DNA of 64,000 nucleotides from Clostridia bacterium (GTDB lineage: Bacteria > Bacillota > Clostridia > Christensenellales > UBA3700): contig JAIEDA010000013.1 in the NCBI GenBank assembly GCA_029068165.1, positions 71,863-135,862 of the forward strand, written 5' to 3'. Shown piece by piece: positions 26,583-36,060 of the stretch. Within the stretch, counting starts at the first letter, position 1; each line of letters opens with the position of its first letter. The notes below the pieces were generated by a model. That model ran no database searches, was not told where the DNA came from, and saw only the letters and a list, made by a program, of their open reading frames with translations. A program made the translations under genes and the position numbers.

Positions 26583-28775
26583 TTATTTAATATCTAATTT
26601 AAGACCTTTGAAAAGATCCGCCATAGTTGCGCTAGCGCTCTCTTCGCTCGTCCAAGAAGATACTTGTTCCTCATCGTCCTTAACTACGGCTCTAGCCTTT
26701 TTAGCAGGCGTAGAAGCAACTGCTGCGGAATCAAACTTCTTAGCGTTTTTCTTAGCTCTCTTCTCTTTAGCCTCTTGATAAGCTTCTTCGCTTACGTTGG
26801 TATCCTCAACTGGAGCTTCCTCTTTTGCTATCAAAGCTTTGATCGAAAGCGTAATTCTATTATCTTCAAATCTAATAATTTGAGCGGTAACGGGATCTCC
26901 CGGCTTCAATACGTCGGCCGGATTTTTCGTGTAGCTGTGCGAAATTTCCGATACGGGAACTAGACCGTCAATATTGTCCTCGATAAGTACAAACGCGCCG
27001 TAATCTTTAACGTCTCTAACCGTGCCGTTGATTACGCTGCCAACGGGATATTTCTCGAAAGCTATTTCGTACGGCTTCTTTTGAAGTTGCTTATAACCAA
27101 GCTTGACTTTGCCGTTTTCCCTGCTTACGTATCTTACGATAAACTCGTATGTCTTACCCAACTCAAATACTTCGCTTGCAGGTACGTTTCTATTGTAAGA
27201 AGCGTCGCTGTTGTGAACAAGACAGTCAAAGCCGTTTACGCTCACGAACGCGCCGAACTCGGCAAATCTCTTAACCTTACCGGTTACGATCTTATCCTTT
27301 TCAAAGAAAGCCCAAATCTCGTCTTCCTTTTTCTTTTGCTCTTCTTCAAGTATAACCTTTTGAGAAGCGATGAACGATTTCTTTGATTTCAAATCCAATT
27401 CCTTATCAGGATCGTCCTTGTTGGATTTGATAAGACGAAGTCTAAGAGTCTTTCCTACGTACTTAGGAAGGTCGGCTTCAGTAACGTAAGCTATCTTGAT
27501 TTGAGAAGCGGGAACGAATATCGAATAACCGCCGTAATAACCCTTAAGACCGTTCTTAACGCACTCTTTCATTTCCAATTTAAATTCTGGTTGAGAGAGC
27601 ATTTCTACAGCGTCGCTGTTTTCCTTATTGCGTTGATCTACGGTTTTCTTGGAAAAATATACGTACTCCTTAGGCAAGGATTTAGAAGCTTTATCAATAA
27701 CTATAGCCGTAAAGACGTCTCCCTCTTTATAATTTTCGGGAAGATACTCTACGCCGTCCATTTCTGCATCGTCTTTGCACACGAATCCGTCTTTCTTACC
27801 GCCGAAGTTTACGGCAATGCCTTCTTCATTGGCTGAAATAACTCTACACTGGTACGCCTTACCCGCTCTTATGTTCATAGACTTAACAGCCTGCGAAGCG
27901 TCCAAAAGTGCGCCAAAGTCCTCCTTTGCAGTTTCGTTCTCAATTTTGTTGATTTCTTGAGATTCATTCATTAGATTTTTTACCTCCTCAATCAACTCCG
28001 GCGGAGTTGAAGCACCGGCTACTATGCCGATTTTAATTTTTTTATCTACTTTTACCGACTCTAAATCGGATAACTTTTCTATCAAAAAAGTTTGGGGACA
28101 GTTCTTAGCGCTAATATCAAAGAGTTTAGACGTATTGGAACTGTTTTTGCTACCCAAGACGAGCATCAAATCGCAATCTTTACTCAGCGAATTACACTCC
28201 TCTTGCCTGCACAGTGTAGTATAGCATATTGTATTATTTCTATCAAGCGTTTTTATATTATTTTGTAAAAATTTAATAAAACGTTCGACTTTTTCGTGGT
28301 CGTACGTCGTTTGTACGACTAGGCAATATTCCTTATCTTCGTCGAATTTGACGTCAGTTTCGCCGTTGAAAATTATAGCTGAATTTTCACACCAACCGTT
28401 GATACCTTTGACTTCGGGGTGTTCGGGATTTCCGATGATAATTATTTGCTTGCCTGCAAGGTAGTTTTCGTAAACTATCTTGTGAATTTTCTTGACGAAA
28501 ACGCAAGTACAGTCCACGTAATCAACTCCGTTTTCATCAAGATAATCATAAATATCCTTGCCAACGCCGTGAGAGCGAATGATGAGTTTTCTTCCGTCGA
28601 GTTTTTCCAAATCGTCGATACACTCCACGCCCCTATCTTTTAATTTTTCAAGTACGCTTTCGTTGTGTATCAGTTTGCCGTACACCGCCGCAGGCGCGTC
28701 GATTTTCATTGCGACGTCGACCGCTCTTTTAACGCCCTGACAAAATCCGCTGTTTTTAGCTACGGTTATTGGCAT
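26583..28775 (-). CDS. ispH: Bifunctional 4-hydroxy-3-methylbut-2-enyl diphosphate reductase (IspH) / ribosomal protein S1-like (four S1 domains)
   Basis: 730 aa. The N-terminal ~280 aa is IspH (SGFCQGVKRAV, conserved Cys residues). The remainder is repeated S1 OB-fold domains with a Lys/Glu-rich tail. Confidence 0.9.
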   Translation of the reverse strand: MPITVAKNSGFCQGVKRAVDVAMKIDAPAAVYGKLIHNESVLEKLKDRGVECIDDLEKLDGRKLIIRSHGVGKDIYDYLDENGVDYVDCTCVFVKKIHKIVYENYLAGKQIIIIGNPEHPEVKGINGWCENSAIIFNGETDVKFDEDKEYCLVVQTTYDHEKVERFIKFLQNNIKTLDRNNTICYTTLCRQEECNSLSKDCDLMLVLGSKNSSNTSKLFDISAKNCPQTFLIEKLSDLESVKVDKKIKIGIVAGASTPPELIEEVKNLMNESQEINKIENETAKEDFGALLDASQAVKSMNIRAGKAYQCRVISANEEGIAVNFGGKKDGFVCKDDAEMDGVEYLPENYKEGDVFTAIVIDKASKSLPKEYVYFSKKTVDQRNKENSDAVEMLSQPEFKLEMKECVKNGLKGYYGGYSIFVPASQIKIAYVTEADLPKYVGKTLRLRLIKSNKDDPDKELDLKSKKSFIASQKVILEEEQKKKEDEIWAFFEKDKIVTGKVKRFAEFGAFVSVNGFDCLVHNSDASYNRNVPASEVFELGKTYEFIVRYVSRENGKVKLGYKQLQKKPYEIAFEKYPVGSVINGTVRDVKDYGAFVLIEDNIDGLVPVSEISHSYTKNPADVLKPGDPVTAQIIRFEDNRITLSIKALIAKEEAPVEDTNVSEEAYQEAKEKRAKKNAKKFDSAAVASTPAKKARAVVKDDEEQVSSWTSEESASATMADLFKGLKLDIK

Positions 28776-30198
28776 TTTCGTACAGTTCCTTGCTTTGAAG
28801 TCTTTTATATTTCAAATATTTCTTCTTGCTGCCCTTGCATTTTTCAACTAGCAAGTCCACCTCTTTTCTCAAATCGAGCATCTTATTATAGATATATTCA
28901 GTAGCCGCCTCTTTTACAACTCCAAGTTTTTCTCCGTAAAACTCGTCAAGCCAAAAAGGATCGCCGACTATCAACCTATTTTTCTTAAAAGCTCCAGTCT
29001 TTTTATAGTACATAAGAGGCACGATAGGCGCTTTCGACTTGAGCGCAAACGTCGCGACTCCCGCCTTAAACGGCAACATTTCCTTAAAGTTCTCGTTTTT
29101 ATTTCTAGTACCCTCGGGGAAAATCAAAACCTGCTGATTGTGATTCAACGCGTTAAGCACTCTTTTTACGGCTTTCATGTCCGCCTCTCCTCTTTTTACA
29201 GGAATACAACCCAATTCCTGCGCAACGCTTGCAATAAATCCGTTGGCGGAAACTTCTTCTTTCATCATTATTTTGCCGTTTTTCCCCAGTAGCTTGGAGA
29301 TAATCACGCACGGGTCTAACGCCGAGTAGTGGTTGCAAATTACGATAGCTTTGGAATTTTTGATAAATTTATCTTTAAAGTATATTTTCGTATACCAAAG
29401 TCCGCCCATAACCCATTTGACGAAGTTTGCGAAAGCTCTTATAAACGGATTTCTTTTTGTCTTTTTCTTATCAGCAACTTTGACACTTGAGTTTTGGTTA
29501 TCGCGCGCAACTATAGCCGCGCCCGCTCCTTCCGACTTGGATATCGTTTCGACGTGCGACAAAATCAATTCCGCGACTTGCTCTTGGTTGAGTTCGCTAC
29601 TGTCGATCTCTATTGAATCGTCGGTCTTAACCAGCGGCGCGAATTGCCTCGTCATATCGTTGTTATCTCTATCGATAATATCTTTCAGTATCTTTTCGTA
29701 TTCTACTTCCTGACCTTTTTGTTTAAGCTCCAAACAACGTCTTTTCGCCCGCTCTTCGGCAGTTGCCGTCAAATAGAATTTGTACTTTGTATTCGGCAAA
29801 ACGTTACTCGTAATATCCCTACCGTCGAGAACCACGTCGTTTTCAGCTGCTATTTCCCTTTGCATAGCCACCAAAAACTCCCTTACTTGAGGCAACTTTG
29901 ACACTTCCGAAGCGCACTTTGACATCTCGTGTCGCCTTATATCTTCCGACACGTCGCGACCGTTTAGACAAATAACGTGACCGTTGTCTTTCTTCACGAA
30001 AGAGAGATTGATTTCATTGAGCAACGGCGCTATTTCATCCGCATTTGATACGTCTTTGCCGTTTTCGACTGCGTACAGCGCTACGGCTCTATACATAGCT
30101 CCCGTATCCAAATACGTAATATTCAACTTTTGCGCTATCGCTTTAGCTATAGTGCTTTTACCTGCGCCGGACGGACCGTCAATGGCAATATTTATCAT
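28756..30198 (-). CDS. cmk: Fusion protein: cytidylate kinase (N-terminal) + 1-acyl-sn-glycerol-3-phosphate acyltransferase-like LPLAT domain (C-terminal)
   Basis: 480 aa. Residues 1-~215 carry the Cmk P-loop IAIDGPSGAGKST and YLDTGAMYRA. Residues ~270-480 carry acyltransferase motifs NHYSALD (NHxxxxD) and FPEGTRN. The 3' end overlaps the ispH start by 20 nt. Confidence 0.85.
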   Translation of the reverse strand: MINIAIDGPSGAGKSTIAKAIAQKLNITYLDTGAMYRAVALYAVENGKDVSNADEIAPLLNEINLSFVKKDNGHVICLNGRDVSEDIRRHEMSKCASEVSKLPQVREFLVAMQREIAAENDVVLDGRDITSNVLPNTKYKFYLTATAEERAKRRCLELKQKGQEVEYEKILKDIIDRDNNDMTRQFAPLVKTDDSIEIDSSELNQEQVAELILSHVETISKSEGAGAAIVARDNQNSSVKVADKKKTKRNPFIRAFANFVKWVMGGLWYTKIYFKDKFIKNSKAIVICNHYSALDPCVIISKLLGKNGKIMMKEEVSANGFIASVAQELGCIPVKRGEADMKAVKRVLNALNHNQQVLIFPEGTRNKNENFKEMLPFKAGVATFALKSKAPIVPLMYYKKTGAFKKNRLIVGDPFWLDEFYGEKLGVVKEAATEYIYNKMLDLRKEVDLLVEKCKGSKKKYLKYKRLQSKELYENANNRS

Positions 30199-30255
30199 AA
30201 TAACCTCATATAAGTCGTTACTATATATTTTAACCTATTTTTTTGATAATTGCAA

Positions 30256-31497
30256 TCAATTATCCCCTATAATACTCGCGCTCGTTTGATGAGCGGCGCT
30301 GAATGCAAGCTGAAGATTAAAACCGCCCGTAAGAGCGTCCACGTCCAAGACCTCGCCTATAAAATAAAGGTTCCTGACGAGTTTACTCATCATATTTTTG
30401 GGGTTGATTTGCTTACAGTCTACTCCGCCCGCAGTAATTATTCCCGCGTTTATGTCTTCAAGTCCGCAAACAGTAAAACGCAAATTTTTTATAACTTGCG
30501 AAAGTCTTTCCCTTTGAACTTTGGTAATAGAGTTTACGACAGTCTTTACGGGAATACCGCTTTGTTGCAAAACTACGTCTATCAACGCTTTAGGCATAAG
30601 ACTCGGCAATACGTTTTTTATTTCCGCGTTCGGCTTTTGGGAAAACTCTCTAAGCAATCGACTATCAAGTGTTTCGATAGATAAAGCGGGTTTTAAATCT
30701 ATAACCAAATAAAACTTCCCCTCAAACTTTCCGTTTGAGTAGTATCTATTTATTAGACTTGAAAGCGAAAGTATTATCGGACCGCTCACGCCGTTGTGAG
30801 TAAATAACATTTCGCCGAACTGTTCGCATAGCGTTTTGCCGTCCCTAACTATCGAAGCGCTGACGTTTTTTAAGCTCAAGCCTTGCAGTCCGTACTGCTC
30901 TTTTAGAAGTATCGGAACGAGCGCGGGTCTTGGCTCGACTACGTTATGCCCCAACTCTTTCGCCCATTTATAGCCGTCGCCGGTACTTCCCGTAGAGCTA
31001 TAGGATATCCCTCCCGTCGCGACGACAACGCAATCGGAAAATATTTTTTCTCCGCTATTGATCTTTACGCCGACCGCGGTCCCGTTATCCGTCAATATCT
31101 CCTTGACTTGCGTATTAAGTCTAACTTCGACGTTGTATTTAGCAAGAATTTTTTCAAAGCATTTGATTACGTCGCTCGACTTGTCGGACTGAGGAAAGAC
31201 TCTATTGCCCCTCTCAACCTTTAATTTAAGAGAATTTCTTTCAAAAAACTCAATCGTATCTTGCGGAGTGAATCCGCTGATCGACGAGTACGTAAACTTT
31301 GAATTGGTTACGACGTTGGAAAGGAAAGTTTGGGTATCGCAAAAATTCGTTACGTTACATCTTCCTTTGCCTGTAATAAACAGCTTCTTGCCAAGCTTTT
31401 CGTTCTTCTCGATAAGAGTAACTTCCACGCCGCTCTCGGAGAGTAACGACGCGCACATCAAACCGCTCGCTCCGCCGCCGACTACGATTGCTTTCAT
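30256..31497 (-). CDS. HI0933/BaiN-like NAD(P)/FAD-dependent flavoprotein
   Basis: 413 aa. GGGASGL dinucleotide motif at the N-terminus and C-terminal YFIGEVLDVDALTGGFNLQ, typical of this family. Confidence 0.8.
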   Translation of the reverse strand: MKAIVVGGGASGLMCASLLSESGVEVTLIEKNEKLGKKLFITGKGRCNVTNFCDTQTFLSNVVTNSKFTYSSISGFTPQDTIEFFERNSLKLKVERGNRVFPQSDKSSDVIKCFEKILAKYNVEVRLNTQVKEILTDNGTAVGVKINSGEKIFSDCVVVATGGISYSSTGSTGDGYKWAKELGHNVVEPRPALVPILLKEQYGLQGLSLKNVSASIVRDGKTLCEQFGEMLFTHNGVSGPIILSLSSLINRYYSNGKFEGKFYLVIDLKPALSIETLDSRLLREFSQKPNAEIKNVLPSLMPKALIDVVLQQSGIPVKTVVNSITKVQRERLSQVIKNLRFTVCGLEDINAGIITAGGVDCKQINPKNMMSKLVRNLYFIGEVLDVDALTGGFNLQLAFSAAHQTSASIIGDN

Positions 31498-32243
31498 AGC
31501 TTAAATTCCTCTCTCTTGAGATTTTCATACGTCGCGTAATCGTTCCAATCGTTTTTAACCGCGGATACGGTGATATAACTCTTTTCGTAGAGATATACGT
31601 CGTCATCCTCCGTAGAGTTAGGACTTGCCTCGCCCAAACCTCTCAATTTATAGCCTAAATTATTCTCAAAGCTATAGCTTTCGTCGTATTTCTTTACTCC
31701 GATTTTGGTAAACCTTACGCCTTTTATATCTTTCTCATTGCCGCAAGGTACGTTTATATTAAAGACAGTTTGAGCGTCGTTTGGCAACAAATCATTAAAC
31801 TTTTGCAGGTTTTTGGCAATAAAGTTTGAGGTATACTCAAAGCCGACAATTTCATACTCTTGCGAAACTGCAAGCGATTTAACGCCTTGCATGCACCCCT
31901 CTAACGCAGCGTTGACCGTCCCTGAATAAAAAACGTCCGAGCCGAGATTGAAACCTTTGTTTATTCCGCTTATTATCAAATCGGGTTTCCTATCCATAAT
32001 TAAATGTAGAGCGACTTTAACGCAATCGGCGGGAGTACCGTTGACTGCAAAGCACCTCGCGCCGTCCAAAACTTTAAGTTCGGTATAATTTACGTGTCCG
32101 TAGTACGTTATTGAATGCCCCATACCCGACATTTGTCCCTGAGGAGCGACCAAAATAACACTGTGATTTACTAAAAGCTTTTTCGCCAAAGTCAAAATAC
32201 CTTGGCTGTAAATTCCGTCGTCGTTTACTAAAAGTATATTCAT
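31494..32243 (-). CDS. surE: 5'/3'-nucleotidase SurE
   Basis: 249 aa. MNILLVNDDGI N-terminus and GINKG/YSGTV motifs. Confidence 0.9.
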   Translation of the reverse strand: MNILLVNDDGIYSQGILTLAKKLLVNHSVILVAPQGQMSGMGHSITYYGHVNYTELKVLDGARCFAVNGTPADCVKVALHLIMDRKPDLIISGINKGFNLGSDVFYSGTVNAALEGCMQGVKSLAVSQEYEIVGFEYTSNFIAKNLQKFNDLLPNDAQTVFNINVPCGNEKDIKGVRFTKIGVKKYDESYSFENNLGYKLRGLGEASPNSTEDDDVYLYEKSYITVSAVKNDWNDYATYENLKREEFKL

Positions 32244-32280
32244 AGATATATTTTAACAAAATATGTACAAAAAGTAAATT

Positions 32281-32311
32281 AAAAATGCAACTCCGTATCG
32301 AAGTTGCATTT
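32281..32311 (-). terminator. Intrinsic terminator ending the decarboxylase operon
   Basis: Minus-sense ATGCAACT-loop-AGTTGCAT followed by TTTTAATTT. Confidence 0.8.
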
Positions 32312-32335
32312 AATCGCGTATTTATCAAAAATCAA

Positions 32336-33733
32336 TTAAACGGGTTGAATACCTTTCACAGTGTCGCCGACTTCTCTATCAACGTGTTTTTTATTAGCTT
32401 GACGATACTTAAAGAAGTTGAGCGCAACCTGCGGGAAGAGCGCGTAAGAAAGCACGTCCTCGTCCTGTTCAATATACTCTTTAATTTCTTCGCGGTACTT
32501 TTCAAGCTCAGGCGTGAGCAAATCGGCAGGTCTACAAGTAATTCTTTCGACGTCGCCGAGAACTTGCTTAACTACCTTAGGATTAGGTTCGGCAGGAAGC
32601 TGACCGTATTCGCCCTTGAGCACGCCCTTTGTTTCCGCGGATACCATTTTATATCTCTCGCCCATAAGCACGTTGAACACTGCTTGCGTTCCTACAATTT
32701 GACTGGTAGGCGTAACGAGCGGCGGATAACCTAAATCTTTTCTCACGTTGGGCACTTCAGCCAAAACCTGTTCGTATTTATCCAAAGCGTTGGCTTTCTT
32801 AAGCTGTCCTACAAGATTGGAAAGCATACCGCCCGGCACTTGGTAAATCAAAGCGTTTACATCGGTAGCCAAAGATTTTTCCGTCAACCAACCGTCGGCT
32901 TTTAATCTTTCGGCAACCTTTTTAAAGTGATTGGAAATTTCGTTTAGATAAGCTACGTCAAGACCCGTATCGTACTGCGTACCTTTCAAAATAGCAACCA
33001 TAGGCTCGGTCGCAGGCTGAGAAGTACCGTTGCCGAGCGCGCTCAAAGCGCAGTCGATAATATCAACACCCGCTTCAATGGCTTTCAAATAAGTTTGGTT
33101 GCCCGTTCCTGCGGTTTGGTGCGTATGCAAATGTATTTTTGTATCGGGTTTCAATACGGCTTTCATTCCCTTTACGAGGTCGTACGCCACGTACGGCAAC
33201 AAAATGCCCGCCATATCTTTAATACAAATATTGTCGGCGCCCATATCCTCAAGGGTCTTAGCGAGCGTTATAAAGTACTCGTTAGTGTGTACGGGACTTG
33301 TGGTATAAGAAATAGTAGCTTCGCAAATACCGCCGTATTTTTTACAGCTTTTTATTGCTTGAGCCATATTTCTAGGATCGTTGAGCGCGTCAAAAATACG
33401 AAGAATATCGCAACCGTTTTCAATGGTCTTTTTTACAAACTCGTCTACCACGTCGTCGGCGTAATGCTTATATCCGAGAATATTTTGACCTCTAAAAAGC
33501 ATTTGAAGTTTGGTCTTCGGCATAGCTTTTTTCAAAGCGCGCAATCTCTCCCACGGATCTTCGTTCAAAAATCTTAGACAAGAGTCAAACGTCGCTCCGC
33601 CCCAACACTCTATAGAATAGTAACCCGCGTTGTCCAACTTCTCGCACATAGGAAGCATCTCGTCAAGACGCATTCTCGTAGCCGCTTGAGATTGGTGAGC
33701 GTCACGCAAAATAGTTTCTGTAATCATTACCAT
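32336..33733 (-). CDS. Oxaloacetate decarboxylase alpha / PycB / transcarboxylase 5S-type carboxyltransferase, lacking a biotinyl domain
   Basis: 465 aa. ITETILRDAHQS N-terminus, HMGL-like TIM-barrel motifs (HLHTHQTAG), and a conserved C-terminal helical domain. There is no EAMKM segment. Confidence 0.85.
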   Translation of the reverse strand: MVMITETILRDAHQSQAATRMRLDEMLPMCEKLDNAGYYSIECWGGATFDSCLRFLNEDPWERLRALKKAMPKTKLQMLFRGQNILGYKHYADDVVDEFVKKTIENGCDILRIFDALNDPRNMAQAIKSCKKYGGICEATISYTTSPVHTNEYFITLAKTLEDMGADNICIKDMAGILLPYVAYDLVKGMKAVLKPDTKIHLHTHQTAGTGNQTYLKAIEAGVDIIDCALSALGNGTSQPATEPMVAILKGTQYDTGLDVAYLNEISNHFKKVAERLKADGWLTEKSLATDVNALIYQVPGGMLSNLVGQLKKANALDKYEQVLAEVPNVRKDLGYPPLVTPTSQIVGTQAVFNVLMGERYKMVSAETKGVLKGEYGQLPAEPNPKVVKQVLGDVERITCRPADLLTPELEKYREEIKEYIEQDEDVLSYALFPQVALNFFKYRQANKKHVDREVGDTVKGIQPV

Positions 33734-33769
33734 AAAATTTTACCTCTCTTATTAAGATATTGTCTTCGC

Positions 33770-35176
33770 TTAACCGAAGATTGCAAGCAATACGCCTGCC
33801 GCAACTGCCGAGCCTATAACGCCTGCTACGTTTGGTCCCATTGCGTGCATCAACAAATAGTTGTTGGGGTTTTCTTCCTGTCCTACCATATGCGAAATTC
33901 TTGCCGCCATAGGCACTGCGGAAACGCCGGCCGAACCGATAAGCGGATTGATTTTGCCTTTGGACAACTTGGACATAATTTTGCCGATAAGAAGTCCGCC
34001 GGTGGTACCGAAAGCAAATGCGAACACGCCGATAAGTATTATCAACAAAGTGCTGGTATTGAGGAACACGTCAGCCGTAGCCTTACTACCTACTATTACG
34101 CCAAGAATTATTGTAATAATATTGATAAGCTCGTTCTTAGCGGTATTCGTAAGTCTAGGCACAACCTCCGACTCTTTCATTAAGTTGCCGAGCATAAGCA
34201 TACCCAAGAGCGGAATTGCCGACGGCAAAACCATACCTACGATACCCGTAACTGCTATCGGGAATACAACCTTCTCAGTTTTGCTAACGGGACGCAACTG
34301 CTCCATTACGATACCGCGTTCTTTCTTTGAGGTCATCAACTTCATTATAGGCGGCTGTATGACCTTTATCAATGCCATATACGAGTAAGCGGCTACCGAA
34401 ATTGCAGGCAACAAATGCGCGGCAAGTTTTACCGTAACGTAAATAGCCGTAGGTCCGTCCGCTCCGCCGATAATACCGATAGAAGCGGCTTCTTCGCCTG
34501 TAAAACCAATATTGATCGCAATAATAAAAGTCACGAAAATACCGAGCTGAGCCGCGGCGCCCATTATCAACGACTTAGGATTAGCGATAAGCGGACCGAA
34601 GTCGGTCATTGCGCCTATTCCCAAGAAGATAAGCGGCGGATAGATTACCCATTCAACGCCCTTGTACAAATAGAAGAACAAGCCTTGATTTTCTACTACT
34701 TCGTGCGAAATAACTATGCTGTCCTTGTACTGCGGGAACAACTCGAAAACTTTGTTTTCAATTAAGTGCACCTTATCCATCATACCGAGCGACTTTATAT
34801 CTTCAGTGGCAACGCCGAGAATTTTTGCGAGTTCCTCGATAGTACCCGTAAGAGCTTGATTGTTGTAAATCAACGTTTGATTTATCATTTCTCCGTCTAC
34901 TTCGACCGGTATTGCAAAGGTATATCCGTAAGTGCCGTACAAAATATTGTAAGCGCCCGGGATATTGATTATAAACATACCAAAACCGATTGCCAGCAAC
35001 AAATTCGGCTCAAACTCTTTAGCGACGGCCAAATAAATCAAGACGCAAGCAATAGCCATCATAATGAGGTTTTGCCAAATGGGCGTCAAGCTCGTCATAA
35101 AGCCCGTGCTAAGCCACAAGTTTTTGAGCGAATCAGTCATCAAATTCGATTGTAGCGTAGTAATTATGCTAAACAT
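33770..35176 (-). CDS. Na+-translocating decarboxylase beta subunit (OadB/MmdB/GcdB family)
   Basis: 468-aa polytopic membrane protein with the family pattern (GIIGGADGPT, GSAGVSAVPMAARISH). Confidence 0.9.
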   Translation of the reverse strand: MFSIITTLQSNLMTDSLKNLWLSTGFMTSLTPIWQNLIMMAIACVLIYLAVAKEFEPNLLLAIGFGMFIINIPGAYNILYGTYGYTFAIPVEVDGEMINQTLIYNNQALTGTIEELAKILGVATEDIKSLGMMDKVHLIENKVFELFPQYKDSIVISHEVVENQGLFFYLYKGVEWVIYPPLIFLGIGAMTDFGPLIANPKSLIMGAAAQLGIFVTFIIAINIGFTGEEAASIGIIGGADGPTAIYVTVKLAAHLLPAISVAAYSYMALIKVIQPPIMKLMTSKKERGIVMEQLRPVSKTEKVVFPIAVTGIVGMVLPSAIPLLGMLMLGNLMKESEVVPRLTNTAKNELINIITIILGVIVGSKATADVFLNTSTLLIILIGVFAFAFGTTGGLLIGKIMSKLSKGKINPLIGSAGVSAVPMAARISHMVGQEENPNNYLLMHAMGPNVAGVIGSAVAAGVLLAIFG

Positions 35177-35200
35177 TTTGCCTCCAATATCTTTTGATGA

Positions 35201-35554
35201 TTATGCAATGGTTGCAAGAACCGCGCCGGTGTCGACGTTCGTTCCCTCCGACGTGGAGTAAGTAATTACGCCGTCGCCTGTAGCGGATACGGGAGTATCC
35301 ATCTTCATTGCTTCAAGAATAATTATAGTATCGCCCTTCTTAACGCTTGCGCCGTTTGCAAAACAAAGCTTCTTCACTAGACCCGTCATCGGAGCTTTAA
35401 CCGGAGTTCCGTTGCCTGCGGGAGCGGGAGCAGCAGCCTTAGGAGCGGCAGCGGCAACTTTGACAGGGTTGGAAATAACCACGCTATCGTCGAGCATCTC
35501 CTCTACTTCTACGGCGTACGCCTTACCGTTTACATTGACATTAAATTTACGCAT
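35201..35554 (-). CDS. Free biotin carboxyl carrier protein (decarboxylase gamma / 1.3S-type)
   Basis: 117 aa. Ala/Pro linker followed by a biotinyl domain with the EAMKM motif. Confidence 0.85.
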   Translation of the reverse strand: MRKFNVNVNGKAYAVEVEEMLDDSVVISNPVKVAAAAPKAAAPAPAGNGTPVKAPMTGLVKKLCFANGASVKKGDTIIILEAMKMDTPVSATGDGVITYSTSEGTNVDTGAVLATIA

Positions 35555-35585
35555 AATATTTTTCTCCTATATGATTTGGATTTGA

Positions 35586-36047
35586 TTAAATTTCTTTTAT
35601 TGAACGAACTCTAAACTTGAGATTTGACTTGCAGTCTTCCTTGTCGCTTTCATAGTACGCCATTATGGCGGCTGTGATAGCCGCAACTATTTCGTCATCC
35701 TCGCCAACTTCTTCGACCGCGTTTGTCACTTCGCTGACCGCAGTAGAAGTTTTTGCCGAACGCTTCTCGCCTAACTTCGCAACTCCCATAAGAATCAATC
35801 TTATTACGTTTATCGCGATGATAAGCACGACCAACATTAAAAATACGGTAGCTAAGCCCAAAAACGCGACCTGCAAACCTATCAACAGTCTTGCGCCGAA
35901 GTTTTGTCCGCCGATATCGAGCGAATCGGGTTTACCGTAAGTTTGATCGGATACCATTAGATATATAAGTCCCGCGAGAAGAGCCGCAAAGACTGCGCAT
36001 ATCACGATAGTTTTGACCAGTTTTTTAGTTGAAACTTCCTTTTTCAT
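35586..36047 (-). CDS. OadG/MmdD-like membrane anchor subunit
   Basis: 153 aa. TM helix plus C-terminal EIVAAITAAIMAY segment typical of the OadG family, with an extra N-terminal TM. Confidence 0.65.
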   Translation of the reverse strand: MKKEVSTKKLVKTIVICAVFAALLAGLIYLMVSDQTYGKPDSLDIGGQNFGARLLIGLQVAFLGLATVFLMLVVLIIAINVIRLILMGVAKLGEKRSAKTSTAVSEVTNAVEEVGEDDEIVAAITAAIMAYYESDKEDCKSNLKFRVRSIKEI

Positions 36048-36060
36048 TCCTCACCTCAAA

